Positions 1 through 9,878 of a stretch of DNA of 64,000 bases are shown piece by piece. The stretch is from positions 145,683-209,682 of the forward strand of contig JAPPIB010000050.1 in NCBI GenBank assembly GCA_028820695.1, read 5' to 3'. How positions within the stretch are numbered: position 1 is the first letter of the stretch; each line of letters begins with the position of its first letter. The translations under genes and the position numbers were made by a program. The notes below the pieces were generated by a model. It saw nothing but the letters and a program-made list of their open reading frames with translations, did not search any database and was not told the DNA's origin. The DNA is from Acidiferrobacterales bacterium (lineage in GTDB: Bacteria > Pseudomonadota > Gammaproteobacteria > Arenicellales > JAJDZL01).

Positions 1-2535
1 GGCAATCGCCTGGGATACCTGTCGTTCAAGATCGATTGCGCAAGGATTGACAAGATGCCTGATCCGCGACCGATGTATGAGATTTTTGTCTATTCACCGC
101 AAATCGAAGCGGTTCATCTTCGAGGCGGCAAGGTTGCACGGGGCGGGCTGAGATGGTCAGACCGGCGCGAGGACTTCAGAACCGAGGTGCTGGGATTGGT
201 GAAGGCGCAGATGGTGAAGAACGCGGTGATCGTTCCCGTCGGGTCGAAAGGTGGATTTGTGATCAAACAACCCACACCTTCCGGCATTACCGTGCAGGAA
301 CACGCAATCGAGTGTTACCGGAACTTTATCCGCGGAATGCTGGATATCACTGACAATATCGTCGCAGGACAGATTGTCCCGCCTGCCAATGTGAAGCGCT
401 ACGATGACGATGATCCTTATCTGGTGGTGGCGGCGGACAAGGGCACCGCAACGTTTTCCGATATTGCCAACGCACTGTCACAAGAATATGGGTTCTGGCT
501 GGGAGATGCTTTTGCATCCGGTGGCTCAGTCGGCTACGACCACAAGGGCATGGGTATCACCGCCCGCGGGGCTTGGGAGTCCGTTAAGCGTCACTTCCGC
601 GAATTGGGCATGAATACGCAGACGACAGAATTCACTGTCATCGGCATCGGGGACATGAGCGGTGATGTATTCGGCAATGGCATGCTGCTGTCAGAACATA
701 TCAGATTGATCGGTGCGTTCAATCACATCGAGATTTTCATTGATCCCGATCCGGACGCGGCGGTCAGTTTCAGGGAGCGTAAACGCCTGTTTGATTCACC
801 GGGCCTGACCTGGAAGGACTACAACAAGGATCTGATTTCCGAAGGCGGCGCGATCTACGATCGAAGTGCGAAAGCAGTCAGCCTCAGCCCTCAGGCACAG
901 CAAGCACTGCGTGTAAAGGCAAAAAAGCTCACACCCAACGAATTGCTTAACGCAATGCTCAAGGCACCTGTCGATCTGCTTTGGAACGGAGGTATAGGAA
1001 CCTACGTCAAGGCGACCACTGAAACCCATGCGGATACGGAAAACCGTTCGAATGACGCGATCCGCGTCGATGGCAGCGAGTTGGGTTGCAAGGTTGTGGG
1101 CGAAGGTGGGAATTTGGGCATGACCCAGCTGGGACGTGTCGAGTTCTGTTTGCGCGGCGGGCGTTGCTTTACCGATTTTATCGACAATTCAGGTGGCGTG
1201 GACTGCTCTGATCATGAGGTCAACATCAAGATTCTACTCAATCAGGTGGTCAGCAATGGCGACATGACTGACAAGCAAAGAGAAAAAATTCTCAGTGACA
1301 TGACCGATGAGGTCGCGGAACTTGTGCTCACAGACAACTACCAGCAGAGTCAGGCATTGAGTGCAATCAATGCAGAGTCAGGCAGTCTGATCCGAGAGCA
1401 TTGGCAATATATCCGGGAACTCGAGTCATCCGGCGATCTGGACCCTGAATTGGAATTTCTGCCGGACAGGGACGAGGTCAGGCGTCGGCAGAATGAAGGA
1501 TTGGGGCTTACCTATCCGGAACTTTCCATCTTGCTGGATTATTCGAAAATGACACTGTATCAGCACCTGCTGGATTCGGCCATGCCGGAGGATCCTTACC
1601 TGATTCAGGAGCTATACGCGTATTTTCCTCAGCGACTGTCCGAGAGATTCAGTGACGAGATGCACGATCATCGTCTCAAACGGGAAATTATTGCGACATC
1701 CGTTACCAACAATCTCATCAATCGGGGTGGTCCGACTTTCGTGTATCGAATGCGGCAATATACGAATGCCGGATACGACGATGTCGCCAGGGCTTTTTGC
1801 GTCGCGCGCGATGTGTTTGACATGGCAGACACGTGGCAGTCGATCGAGGATCTTGATAACAAGGTTCCTGCCCACACCCAAATTACCATGCTTTCCTACG
1901 TCAGCGGTCTTCTGGAACGCGCTGCATTGTGGCTGTTGCGTTATCGAGGACAGTCATTGGATATCGAGGAGTCGGTGGAATACTTCAAGTCTGACGTTAC
2001 CAAACTGACCAAGAGCCTGTCCAAATCCTTGACCAAGCAGTATCTGTCTGCGATGAACAGGCAGGTGAAGGAATTGACTGACAACAAGGTACCGAAAGCG
2101 TTGGCACGACGCATTGTCGAACTGATTGCACTTTCGACTGCGTTCGACATCGTTGAGATCATGAAGGCATCCAACAAGTCGGCTGAATTCGTCGCTGGTG
2201 TTTACTTCGACATCGGTGCCCGGTTGGAACTGATATGGATTCGGCAGAAAATAGCAATGCTGCCGGTGGAAAACCGCTGGCACAATCTTGCCAAATCAAG
2301 ACTTGCCGATGATGTTCACTCCCATCAATTCTCGATTGCCGGTGACGTGGTACAAAGTGCTGAGAAAAGTGATCCGAAGGTCGCCGTTTCTGAATGGATT
2401 GATGCAAACAGCAATGGATGCCGCATGTTGGCAAGCATAATTGCCGACATGAAGTCGATCAGCAAAGTTGATTTTGCGACACTGACTGTTGCGATCAGTG
2501 AGGTGCATCTGCTCGGTCGAAGTTCCGATCAGTGA
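1..2535 (+). CDS. gdhB: NAD-specific glutamate dehydrogenase, large (about 1600 aa) GdhB type; C-terminal ~845 codons, 5' end lies outside the window
   Basis: Frame 1 is open from nt 1, with no stop before the ATG at 55. The translation carries GGLRWSDRREDFRTEVLGLVKAQMVKN, PVGSKGGFV, VVAADKGTATFSD and GIGDMSGDVFGNGML, the catalytic-core strings of the large NAD-GDH family. A long helical C-terminal domain follows. Confidence 0.9.
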   Translation, partial: GNRLGYLSFKIDCARIDKMPDPRPMYEIFVYSPQIEAVHLRGGKVARGGLRWSDRREDFRTEVLGLVKAQMVKNAVIVPVGSKGGFVIKQPTPSGITVQEHAIECYRNFIRGMLDITDNIVAGQIVPPANVKRYDDDDPYLVVAADKGTATFSDIANALSQEYGFWLGDAFASGGSVGYDHKGMGITARGAWESVKRHFRELGMNTQTTEFTVIGIGDMSGDVFGNGMLLSEHIRLIGAFNHIEIFIDPDPDAAVSFRERKRLFDSPGLTWKDYNKDLISEGGAIYDRSAKAVSLSPQAQQALRVKAKKLTPNELLNAMLKAPVDLLWNGGIGTYVKATTETHADTENRSNDAIRVDGSELGCKVVGEGGNLGMTQLGRVEFCLRGGRCFTDFIDNSGGVDCSDHEVNIKILLNQVVSNGDMTDKQREKILSDMTDEVAELVLTDNYQQSQALSAINAESGSLIREHWQYIRELESSGDLDPELEFLPDRDEVRRRQNEGLGLTYPELSILLDYSKMTLYQHLLDSAMPEDPYLIQELYAYFPQRLSERFSDEMHDHRLKREIIATSVTNNLINRGGPTFVYRMRQYTNAGYDDVARAFCVARDVFDMADTWQSIEDLDNKVPAHTQITMLSYVSGLLERAALWLLRYRGQSLDIEESVEYFKSDVTKLTKSLSKSLTKQYLSAMNRQVKELTDNKVPKALARRIVELIALSTAFDIVEIMKASNKSAEFVAGVYFDIGARLELIWIRQKIAMLPVENRWHNLAKSRLADDVHSHQFSIAGDVVQSAEKSDPKVAVSEWIDANSNGCRMLASIIADMKSISKVDFATLTVAISEVHLLGRSSDQ

Positions 2536-2677
2536 TACTTGAGACTTGGCTTGTGCCAGTTTGGTGCAGCGGATTCAGCGGCGTTACTTGATGCAATGAA
2601 CGCGGTTGAATCGCATTGGCTTTCCTTCTGGGGCGCTGCGTTACGGGCGACAGCGCAGCGGTCAGGCGTTGCGGTGA

Positions 2678-2950
2678 TTCCAAGTGAGAACATACAGTCG
2701 ACCCTCCGCGCCCAGTCGCAAGATTACTTTGGTGATGGACAATTTGAACGCCCACCGTCCAGGGACACTGTATGAGACCTTGACCGCCTCGGAGGTCAAG
2801 GCGCTATGGGATCGGTTTGAATCCGTGTACACGCCGAAACATGGCAGTTGGCTGAATGTTGCTGAAGTTGAGATTGGCGTGATGGCACGGCAGTGTCTGA
2901 ACCGTCGAATTGACTCGATCGGGACGATGGCAGACGAAGTGACGGCGTGA
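2678..2950 (+). mobile_element. IS630-family transposase remnant (C-terminal DDE fragment only)
   Basis: ORF 2684-2950 reads KITLVMDNLNAHRPGTLYETL...YTPKHGSWLNVAEVEIGVM, which matches the DNLNxH ... TPxHxSWLNxxE block of IS630-type transposases. The frame opens only at 2678 after a stop, so the N-terminal two thirds are missing. I recognised no inverted repeats. A G8 run follows the stop. Confidence 0.75.
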
Positions 2951-3314
2951 CAGGGGGGGGTCGGGTCCGATCAAGCGTGTTTTTCCAGAGTATCTGCCTC
3001 ACATCGGTCGCTCGCAAGCAAAAAATCGACGAGAAGTTGTTCACTCATGTCTGTGAAAGATGGAACTCCCGTGCACAGAAGCACCGAAAACCGGGATATT
3101 GGCATTCAAGATCTTGCGGGATTTGCCGCATCATCCCCAAATTTTCCAACTTCGATTCCTGCGCTCAACTAAAATGAACTGAAAAGCCAGCGTACGTAAT
3201 CGTTGTATCCAATAAATTATTCAAATGTCAGGATCATCCGTGAATCGTCGATGATCAGACTCGTTGCGATGTCACTGTCGCTTTCGAATTTTATTATTTC
3301 AACACGTTAGAGCC

Positions 3315-4382
3315 GTGCAGATCGTTCTCGACTGGTTCAAGCGCCAGCTGAATAATCCTCAGATCATCATTCTCTCGGTTTTTCTGATCGTGGGATTTTC
3401 GTTGGTCATCTATGCGGGGAAAATGATCGCTCCAGTCATTGCCGGTGCTGTCATCGCATACATACTTGAAGGCGGGGTGAAATTCTGCGAGGGGATAAGA
3501 ATTCCGCGCCTGACCGCGGTTTTGATTCTGTTATGTGTGTTTCTTGTCCTGATCGTCGCCTTGGTGTTCGGAATTCTGCCGCTTGTCATACAACAGGCAT
3601 TGCAATTGGTGGCCCAGGTGCCGACCTGGGTGTCCGAGGCTCGGGACTCACTGCTTCAATTGCCCGACCGCTACCCTGGAATCATTTCGGTTGAGCAGAT
3701 TGAGATATTTTTCAGGGCCACAACGGAGTTCGTCACCCGGCAGGGACAACAGATTGTGGTCACCTGGTCAGCATCCTCTGTCGTGGGTGTGATCACCATA
3801 GTCGTCTATCTGATACTCGTTCCAATCCTGGTTTTCTTCTTTCTCAAGGACAAGGCCAAATTGACCCAATGGTTTTCCCACTTTTTTCCGGACAAGGATC
3901 ATGCATTGACACAAACAGTCTGGGAAAACCTCGACCGACAGATGTCGAATTACATACGCGGTAAGTTCTGGGAGATCCTGATCGTTGGTGGGGTGACTTT
4001 CATTGTTTTCACCGCGTTTGGACTCCAGTTCGCTGCGCTGCTGAGCGTCGTCGTCGGCTTGTCGGTGCTGATTCCATTTATCGGCGCGGCAGTAGTGACA
4101 ATCCCGGTCGTCGCCGTCGCTGCTGTCCAGTGGGGAATCTCGCCGGAATTTGCCTACCTGGTCATTGCATATCTGATCATTCAATTCCTGGATGGCTACA
4201 TTCTGGTTCCGTTGCTGTTCTCCGAAGTGGTCGATCTTCATCCGGTGGCGATTGTCGTTGCCGTTCTCGTTTTTGGTGGAATATGGGGAGTCTGGGGTGT
4301 ATTTTTCGCGATTCCACTGGCGACACTTGTTCAGGCTGTATTGATTTCGTGGCCCAGAGCCAGCGATTCAATCGAGGAATAA
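3315..4382 (+). CDS. AI-2E family transporter (PerM/YhhT-like, UPF0118) membrane protein
   Basis: ORF 3264-4382 has multiple hydrophobic spans and the family-typical C-terminal block FLDGYILVPLLFSEVVDLHPVAIVVAVLVFGGIWGVWGVFFAIPLA. The TTG at 3264 gives an implausible Cys/Arg-rich leader. The in-frame GTG at 3315 (codon 18, QIVLDWFKRQL) is preferred. Confidence 0.8.
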   Translation: MQIVLDWFKRQLNNPQIIILSVFLIVGFSLVIYAGKMIAPVIAGAVIAYILEGGVKFCEGIRIPRLTAVLILLCVFLVLIVALVFGILPLVIQQALQLVAQVPTWVSEARDSLLQLPDRYPGIISVEQIEIFFRATTEFVTRQGQQIVVTWSASSVVGVITIVVYLILVPILVFFFLKDKAKLTQWFSHFFPDKDHALTQTVWENLDRQMSNYIRGKFWEILIVGGVTFIVFTAFGLQFAALLSVVVGLSVLIPFIGAAVVTIPVVAVAAVQWGISPEFAYLVIAYLIIQFLDGYILVPLLFSEVVDLHPVAIVVAVLVFGGIWGVWGVFFAIPLATLVQAVLISWPRASDSIEE

Positions 4383-4406
4383 ACCCAACTTCGGCTAACA
4401 GACCTC

Positions 4407-5474
4407 ATGATTCCCAAATCACCACCGAAAGGTCGAGGTGCGATATCCAATCGCTCGGGCAGATTCGAGAGTTGGGATCACCAGGAATTCGACGACGGTT
4501 GGTATCACGAGGAGTTGCCGGCCTTGAAAACCACAATAGAAAACGACAACGCCCGCACTGTCATCGCACGAAATCGGTCGCCCGACCTGCCATTTGACCG
4601 GTCGATCAACATGTATCGAGGGTGCGAGCACGGATGCTCGTATTGCTATGCGAGGCCCAGTCACACCTACCTCGGCTATTCGGCTGGACTGGATTTCGAA
4701 ACCAAACTGTTCGCCAAACATGATGTTGCGGAAAAACTGACCAAAGAGATTACCGCGGATTCATATCAGTGTCAGACCATAGCGCTTGGAGCCAACACGG
4801 ATCCGTATCAGCCCGTTGAGAGAAACCTGCGCCTGACCCGACAGATACTCGAAGTGCTTCTGGAGCATCGCCATCCGTTGCAGATCACGACCAAATCAGC
4901 GTCGATCATGCGGGACATCGATTTACTCTCAGAGTTGGCACGGCACAACCTCGTCGGCGTCAATGTCTCTATCACCTCACTTGATGCGGGCCTTACAAGA
5001 AGACTCGAACCGCGTGCAAGCGCGCCACACAGTCGTATCAAGGCAGTTTCTCGACTTGTACAGCATCAAATTCCGATTACAATATTCGTTGCTCCGGTCA
5101 TTCCAGGGCTGAACGACCATGAAGTCGAGACGATTCTTGAATCATGTGCACAGGCGGGTGCCCGACGCGCTGAGTGGACAATGATTCGACTGCCGCTGGA
5201 GGTGGCAGATCTGTTTCGGGAATGGTTGAGGACTCACTATCCGGGTCGCGAAGCTCGCGTGATGAGTCTGATCCAGCAGGTCAGGGGTGGCAGGACCAAT
5301 AGCTCTGAATTTTTTGAAAGGATGCGCGGTACCGGACCGATCGCCGAAATGATCCACAAGCGTTTCGTGAGTGCGGTAAGAAAATTCGGTTTGGACACGC
5401 CTCCGGTTGAACTGGACGTTGCGAAGTTTCGCAAGACAGTCACCGGCGCAGTCCAGATGTCACTGTTCACGTGA
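4407..5474 (+). CDS. PA0069-family radical SAM protein
   Basis: The N-terminus KGRGAISNRSGRFESWDHQEFDDGW is followed by YRGCEHGCSYCYARPSHTYLG (CX3CX2C). This combination is characteristic of the PA0069-type rSAM family, which is related to spore-photoproduct-lyase-like enzymes. Confidence 0.8.
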   Translation: MIPKSPPKGRGAISNRSGRFESWDHQEFDDGWYHEELPALKTTIENDNARTVIARNRSPDLPFDRSINMYRGCEHGCSYCYARPSHTYLGYSAGLDFETKLFAKHDVAEKLTKEITADSYQCQTIALGANTDPYQPVERNLRLTRQILEVLLEHRHPLQITTKSASIMRDIDLLSELARHNLVGVNVSITSLDAGLTRRLEPRASAPHSRIKAVSRLVQHQIPITIFVAPVIPGLNDHEVETILESCAQAGARRAEWTMIRLPLEVADLFREWLRTHYPGREARVMSLIQQVRGGRTNSSEFFERMRGTGPIAEMIHKRFVSAVRKFGLDTPPVELDVAKFRKTVTGAVQMSLFT

Positions 5475-5536
5475 TCGGTGACATTCGCGGTAATTCGCCC
5501 ATCCGGATGAATTGACTTGTTTACATTTGAATTGTT

Positions 5537-6823
5537 GTGATGGAAGTAAAAAAGCATGCAGCACCGCTCGCACTGGAAACCAACCAGCCGAAATCCGGCG
5601 AATCCTCTTCTGCGCCCACCGCCTTGGATCGTTCTTTGGTCAGGAGGTTACTCGATTATTCAGGCAACCCTCGAATTGATGTCCAATTATGGGACGGTGA
5701 GACAATATCCGTCGCGAATCAGGAATCGATCGCAACTGTGAAATTCAATTCCCGCTCTGCGTATCGGCGGATGCTCACACAGGGAGAAATCGGTTTCGGT
5801 GATGGCTACAGTGACGGTCAGATCGAGATTGAGGGCGAGTTGGTCGAATTTCTCTGTGAGGCATATCGTGCAAAGAAGCATTCTGATAAAAATCCGAAAG
5901 GTGTGCTTCAGTTGCAGGAACTGTTATCGAGGAAGAAGCCCAGAAAGAACACACTGGCCGGGTCCAAGTCAAACATCCATCATCATTATGATCTTGGCAA
6001 CGAGTTTTATTCTCTATGGCTTGATCGAGAGGCCATGCAGTACACCTGTGCGTACTACCCGATCGAGTCCATGACGCTGGAACAGGCACAAGTTGCGAAA
6101 ATGGAGCACGTGTGTCGTAAATTGATGCTTCAGCCCGGTCAGACGGTAGTCGAGGCGGGATGCGGTTGGGGTGGACTCGCAAGGTATATGGCGAAGACCT
6201 ATGGCGTCAATGTGAGATCCTATAATATTTCACACGAACAGATTGTCTATGCCACCGAACAGGCCCGACAGGAGGGACTTGATGACCTGGTGGAATACGT
6301 CGAGGATGATTATCGCAATATCACGGGTTCTTACGACGTATTTGTTTCGATTGGAATGCTGGAGCACGTAGGGAGTCAGAACTATCAGGCGCTTGGTGCG
6401 GTCGTTGATCGCTGCCTGGCTGAGAATGGCCGGGCGTTGGTCCATTCGATTGGCAGAAATACCCCGGAATTGATGAGCGCATGGATTGAGAAGCGCATAT
6501 TTCCCGGTGCCTACCCTCCAACCATCCGTGAAATGATGGATATTGTCGAACCGTTCAATTTTTCAGTGCTTGACATCGAGAATCTGCGGCTGCACTATGC
6601 GAAAACACTAGGACACTGGCTGGAAAGATTCAACGACAACGAGGAGAAGATTTGCGGGATGTTTGATGACAGATTCGTTCGTGCATGGCGACTGTATCTC
6701 AGCGGCTCGATCTCGGCGTTTCTGGTTGGAACACTGCAGCTGTTTCAGATTGCATTCGCCCGCGGAGCCGACAACAGTATTGCGATGACGCGCGAACACC
6801 TATACCCATATCAGCAAAGTTGA
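5537..6823 (+). CDS. cfa: cyclopropane-fatty-acyl-phospholipid synthase family SAM-dependent methyltransferase
   Basis: HYDLGNEFYSLWLD, the SAM-binding motif VVEAGCGWGGLARYMA, and LRLHYAKTLGHWLERF are typical of the CFA-synthase/CMAS family. The start is GTG 5537 or the adjacent ATG 5540. Confidence 0.85.
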   Translation: MMEVKKHAAPLALETNQPKSGESSSAPTALDRSLVRRLLDYSGNPRIDVQLWDGETISVANQESIATVKFNSRSAYRRMLTQGEIGFGDGYSDGQIEIEGELVEFLCEAYRAKKHSDKNPKGVLQLQELLSRKKPRKNTLAGSKSNIHHHYDLGNEFYSLWLDREAMQYTCAYYPIESMTLEQAQVAKMEHVCRKLMLQPGQTVVEAGCGWGGLARYMAKTYGVNVRSYNISHEQIVYATEQARQEGLDDLVEYVEDDYRNITGSYDVFVSIGMLEHVGSQNYQALGAVVDRCLAENGRALVHSIGRNTPELMSAWIEKRIFPGAYPPTIREMMDIVEPFNFSVLDIENLRLHYAKTLGHWLERFNDNEEKICGMFDDRFVRAWRLYLSGSISAFLVGTLQLFQIAFARGADNSIAMTREHLYPYQQS

Positions 6824-7203
6824 CTGTCTCGACTGCAAAATCCGCCGAAACTGTTGAATTCGACAAACTGATTCAGCAAATTCGGGATTTTGCCCAAGAA
6901 AGGGACTGGGAGCAGTTTCATTCTCCCAAGAATCTGGCGATGGCATTGATGGTCGAGGCTTCTGAGCTGGCTGAGATCTTCCAATGGTTGACGCAAGAGC
7001 AGAGTTTGAATCTTGACTCCGACCAAAAGCAGCGGGTGGAGGAAGAAGTCGCGGATGTGATGAATTACCTGATTCGCATCTGTGATCGGCTGGATATCGA
7101 TCTGCTGGAGGCAACCCGCAGAAAAATCAGGATCAATACCGAAAAATATCCAGTCAGCCAAGCCCGGGGCAGTGCCCTGAAATACACACAATACCAGTCT
7201 TGA
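6820..7203 (+). CDS. MazG-like nucleotide pyrophosphohydrolase (small all-alpha NTP-PPase)
   Basis: IRDFAQERDWEQFHSPKNLAMALMVEASELAEIFQW ... EEVADVMNYLIRICDRLDIDL is the MazG/YpjD-type EExxE..D helix pair. ORF 6685-7203 overlaps cfa for 139 nt. The TTG at 6820 (codon 46) overlaps the cfa stop as TTGA and is the likely start. Confidence 0.8.
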   Translation: MTVSTAKSAETVEFDKLIQQIRDFAQERDWEQFHSPKNLAMALMVEASELAEIFQWLTQEQSLNLDSDQKQRVEEEVADVMNYLIRICDRLDIDLLEATRRKIRINTEKYPVSQARGSALKYTQYQS

Positions 7204-7514
7204 TCAGAGTCTACATCGCCGAAAACCTGGCGGACGCGCATCTCGTCTGCAATCGGATTCGAGAAAACGGTATCGTCGCACACGTGTTCAATGAGTTCTC
7301 CAACGGCGCGGTCGGGGAGTTGCCGTTTACGCACACCTGGCCGGAAGTCTGGGTGGAGAATGACCGGGACAAAAACTACGCACTTGAGATCGTGAGCCAG
7401 TGCCAGCCGGCGGAATTCGTGGACGCCGAACGCGACTGCCCGGAGTGTGGCCAGCTCAATCCGGTCAACTTCGAAATTTGCTGGAGTTGCTCTGCGCAGC
7501 TTGCAGTGGATTGA
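7200..7514 (+). CDS. DUF2007-like small protein with C-terminal CxxC...CxxC zinc ribbon
   Basis: The N-terminal segment IRVYIAENLADAHLVCNRIRENGIVAHV resembles the DUF2007 'putative signal transducing' fold. The C-terminus reads DCPECGQLNPVNFEICWSCSAQL. The TTG start overlaps the preceding stop (TTGA). Confidence 0.6.
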   Translation: MIRVYIAENLADAHLVCNRIRENGIVAHVFNEFSNGAVGELPFTHTWPEVWVENDRDKNYALEIVSQCQPAEFVDAERDCPECGQLNPVNFEICWSCSAQLAVD

Positions 7515-7553
7515 CGGTGTGACTTTGCCGTCAACTGACTTTCCACAACCGAC

Positions 7554-9824
7554 TTGAAAAAGAGAAAACTTCGTTTCAAAGGGCTGCTCCGAAGTCTGCT
7601 GATCAGATTTACAGTATGGGCGGTTTCCCTCACAGCAATCGGTGCGGTTGCCGGATTTTTGTGGATTGACCATCAGGTGCGGGAGCGCTTTGACCGCCAG
7701 TTGTGGGATATTCCTGTACACATCTACAGTCGCGCCACCGAAATCTATCCGGGTCTTCCCATTTCAGCCGATCAACTTGAGCGGCGATTGCGAAACCTGG
7801 GTTACCGAACAGTCGCTGATCCGAAACAACCGGGTGAATTCAGTAAAGATCAGGACACAATTGATCTGGTTTCAAGGGAATTTCAATTTTGGGACGGACA
7901 GCGAAGTTCGATGTCTGCGCGGATAAGCATTGACCGTGACAGGATTGCTGCGATCACCGATCGAAAAACCGGTTCCAGTATTTCCCTGATCAGGCTGAAG
8001 CCGGTTCTGATCGGAAGCCTTTCGCAGTTACAGCATGAAGATCGGTCGTTGCAGAAACTGGAAGAAATGCCAAGGTTGTTACTCACCACACTGGTGGCAG
8101 TGGAAGATCGGAATTTCACACAGCATCGAGGTGTGGACTTACAGGCAATCCTGCGCGCGGCCTGGGTCAATCTGACTGCGGGAAGAATCGTACAAGGCGG
8201 GAGCACCCTGACACAGCAGCTGATCAAGAACATCTATGGCAGGGATGAGCGGACTTACCAGCGCAAGTTGCTTGAGATTGCCATGGCGGTAGTCATGGAG
8301 TTCAGACTTGAGAAACATCAAATTCTGGAAGCCTACTGCAACGAGGTGTTTCTGGGGCAGGATGGCAAACGTGCAATTCATGGATTCGGACTCGGAAGCC
8401 AATTTCTTTTCGGTCGTCCGCTGTCCGAACTGAACGCGGCGGAAATCGCCCAGCTTGTCGGGATGATCAAGGCGCCAAGCGCCTACAATCCGCTACGGAA
8501 TCCGCAACGGGCACAAGAACGTCGTGACTTGGTCCTGAACATCATGAGCAGGGATGGATTGATTTCGCAGGACACCTTCACGAAGCATGTCAACAAACCA
8601 CTTGACCTGGCAACCTCGAAAAATCGCGTTCGACGGGAGTTCGCATCGTTTTCCGACGTCGTGCTTCGGCAGCTGTCCGGCAAGATTTCTGCGGAAGGGT
8701 TCACGGAAGGCGACTTTTCGGTGTTTACAACCATGGACATCGAGGTACAGCGAGCGGCGGAAAAATCACTTGCCGAGGAACTGACCGCAATTGAGAGGCA
8801 GCGCGGAATCCCTTCCGGCACTCTTGAAGGCGCAGTCGTAGTCATTCGCCCGGACGACGGTGAGGTGCTGGCGATTGCCGGTGGCAGAACGGGCTATGTG
8901 GGCACTTTCAATCGGGCGATCGATGCCCACCGGCCAATCGGCTCGCTCATCAAGCCCATCGTCTATCTCAGCGCGTTCATGGAGGAATCCAAATGGACGC
9001 TGGGCAGTCTTGTTGCAGATGAGCGGTTTTCCTACAGGACGGAAAATGGACAATTGTGGTCTCCGCAGAACTACGACGAGGAATTCTTGGGTGACATCAC
9101 CATACTTGAGGCACTGGCAAAATCCAGGAACATACCTGCCGTCCGCGTCGGTACAGAAATCGGCGTCGATTCGGTCGCTGGAAGTCTAAGCCGGTTGGGC
9201 ATTGAGATCAAGGGCCCGGTTTACCCCTCGATGTTACTCGGTACGCTGGAACTCTCACCCATGCAGGTGGTTCAGATGTATCAGGCATTGGCCAACTATG
9301 GTTATCTGACCGGACTTCGCGCCATATCAACAATTGCCGACAATTCAGGAAATAAGTCAATTCAGACCCAGCTCCGTGCCCGTTCAGCGATACCTGCCGA
9401 GCAAGCCTACCTTGCACTTTTCGCCATGCAGGAAGCGGTTTCCAACGGCACCGGGAGACGCTTGCTGGAGTCCTTCCCGGCCGCTTTGGCCCTGGCCGGA
9501 AAAACCGGGACGACCGACGATTATCGAGACAGTTGGTTCGTCGGAATTTCGGGAAACATGCTTGGGGCTGTCTGGGTGGGTCGCGATGACAACCGTCCAG
9601 TCGGGCTGACCGGAGCAAACGGCGCACTGGTGATCTGGTCATCGATGATGAAACACCTGAATTTGCAGCCCCTGGAACCGGGAGTCAGTGAATCGATTGA
9701 GTTCGTCGACATCGATCCCCGCACAGGGTATCGGGCTGGCGCAGGCTGTAGCGACGGAAAAAGAATCCCATTTCTCAACGGAACCGCTCCGAACCGGGTG
9801 TCAAACTGCGATGGGGCCGGATAG
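7554..9824 (+). CDS. mrcB: penicillin-binding protein 1B (bifunctional glycosyltransferase/transpeptidase)
   Basis: N-terminal membrane anchor. GT51 motifs EDRNFTQHRGVD, GGSTLTQQLIKN and RKLLEIAMAVVME. Transpeptidase motifs SLIKP (SxxK), SRN and KTGTT. Size and the UB2H-like insert region fit PBP1B. Confidence 0.9.
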   Translation: MKKRKLRFKGLLRSLLIRFTVWAVSLTAIGAVAGFLWIDHQVRERFDRQLWDIPVHIYSRATEIYPGLPISADQLERRLRNLGYRTVADPKQPGEFSKDQDTIDLVSREFQFWDGQRSSMSARISIDRDRIAAITDRKTGSSISLIRLKPVLIGSLSQLQHEDRSLQKLEEMPRLLLTTLVAVEDRNFTQHRGVDLQAILRAAWVNLTAGRIVQGGSTLTQQLIKNIYGRDERTYQRKLLEIAMAVVMEFRLEKHQILEAYCNEVFLGQDGKRAIHGFGLGSQFLFGRPLSELNAAEIAQLVGMIKAPSAYNPLRNPQRAQERRDLVLNIMSRDGLISQDTFTKHVNKPLDLATSKNRVRREFASFSDVVLRQLSGKISAEGFTEGDFSVFTTMDIEVQRAAEKSLAEELTAIERQRGIPSGTLEGAVVVIRPDDGEVLAIAGGRTGYVGTFNRAIDAHRPIGSLIKPIVYLSAFMEESKWTLGSLVADERFSYRTENGQLWSPQNYDEEFLGDITILEALAKSRNIPAVRVGTEIGVDSVAGSLSRLGIEIKGPVYPSMLLGTLELSPMQVVQMYQALANYGYLTGLRAISTIADNSGNKSIQTQLRARSAIPAEQAYLALFAMQEAVSNGTGRRLLESFPAALALAGKTGTTDDYRDSWFVGISGNMLGAVWVGRDDNRPVGLTGANGALVIWSSMMKHLNLQPLEPGVSESIEFVDIDPRTGYRAGAGCSDGKRIPFLNGTAPNRVSNCDGAG

Positions 9825-9878
9825 TCTTCCACGGATTGGCCTTGACCCGCAACAATACTGGTAAAATGACCACCTATC

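Noticed and set aside
2539-2775. 78-aa plus-strand ORF directly after gdhB
   Set aside because: It has no motif. It is in a different frame from the IS630 fragment it overlaps and has no similarity to the missing transposase N-terminus.
4130-4597. 155-aa plus-strand ORF bridging the AI-2E transporter end and the radical-SAM start
   Set aside because: It is out of frame with both supported genes and has a Ser/Arg/Gly-rich composition.
6685-6819. ATG-initiated 45-codon N-terminal extension of the MazG-like ORF
   Set aside because: It would overlap the cfa coding region by 139 nt, and the extension has no MazG similarity. The TTG at 6820, which overlaps the cfa stop, gives a protein of normal length.
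7065-7721. 218-aa minus-strand ORF spanning the MazG-like gene, the DUF2007 gene and the mrcB start
   Set aside because: It is entirely antisense to three well-supported plus-strand genes. The translation is Arg/Cys/Ser-rich with no recognisable motif. This is a typical shadow ORF.
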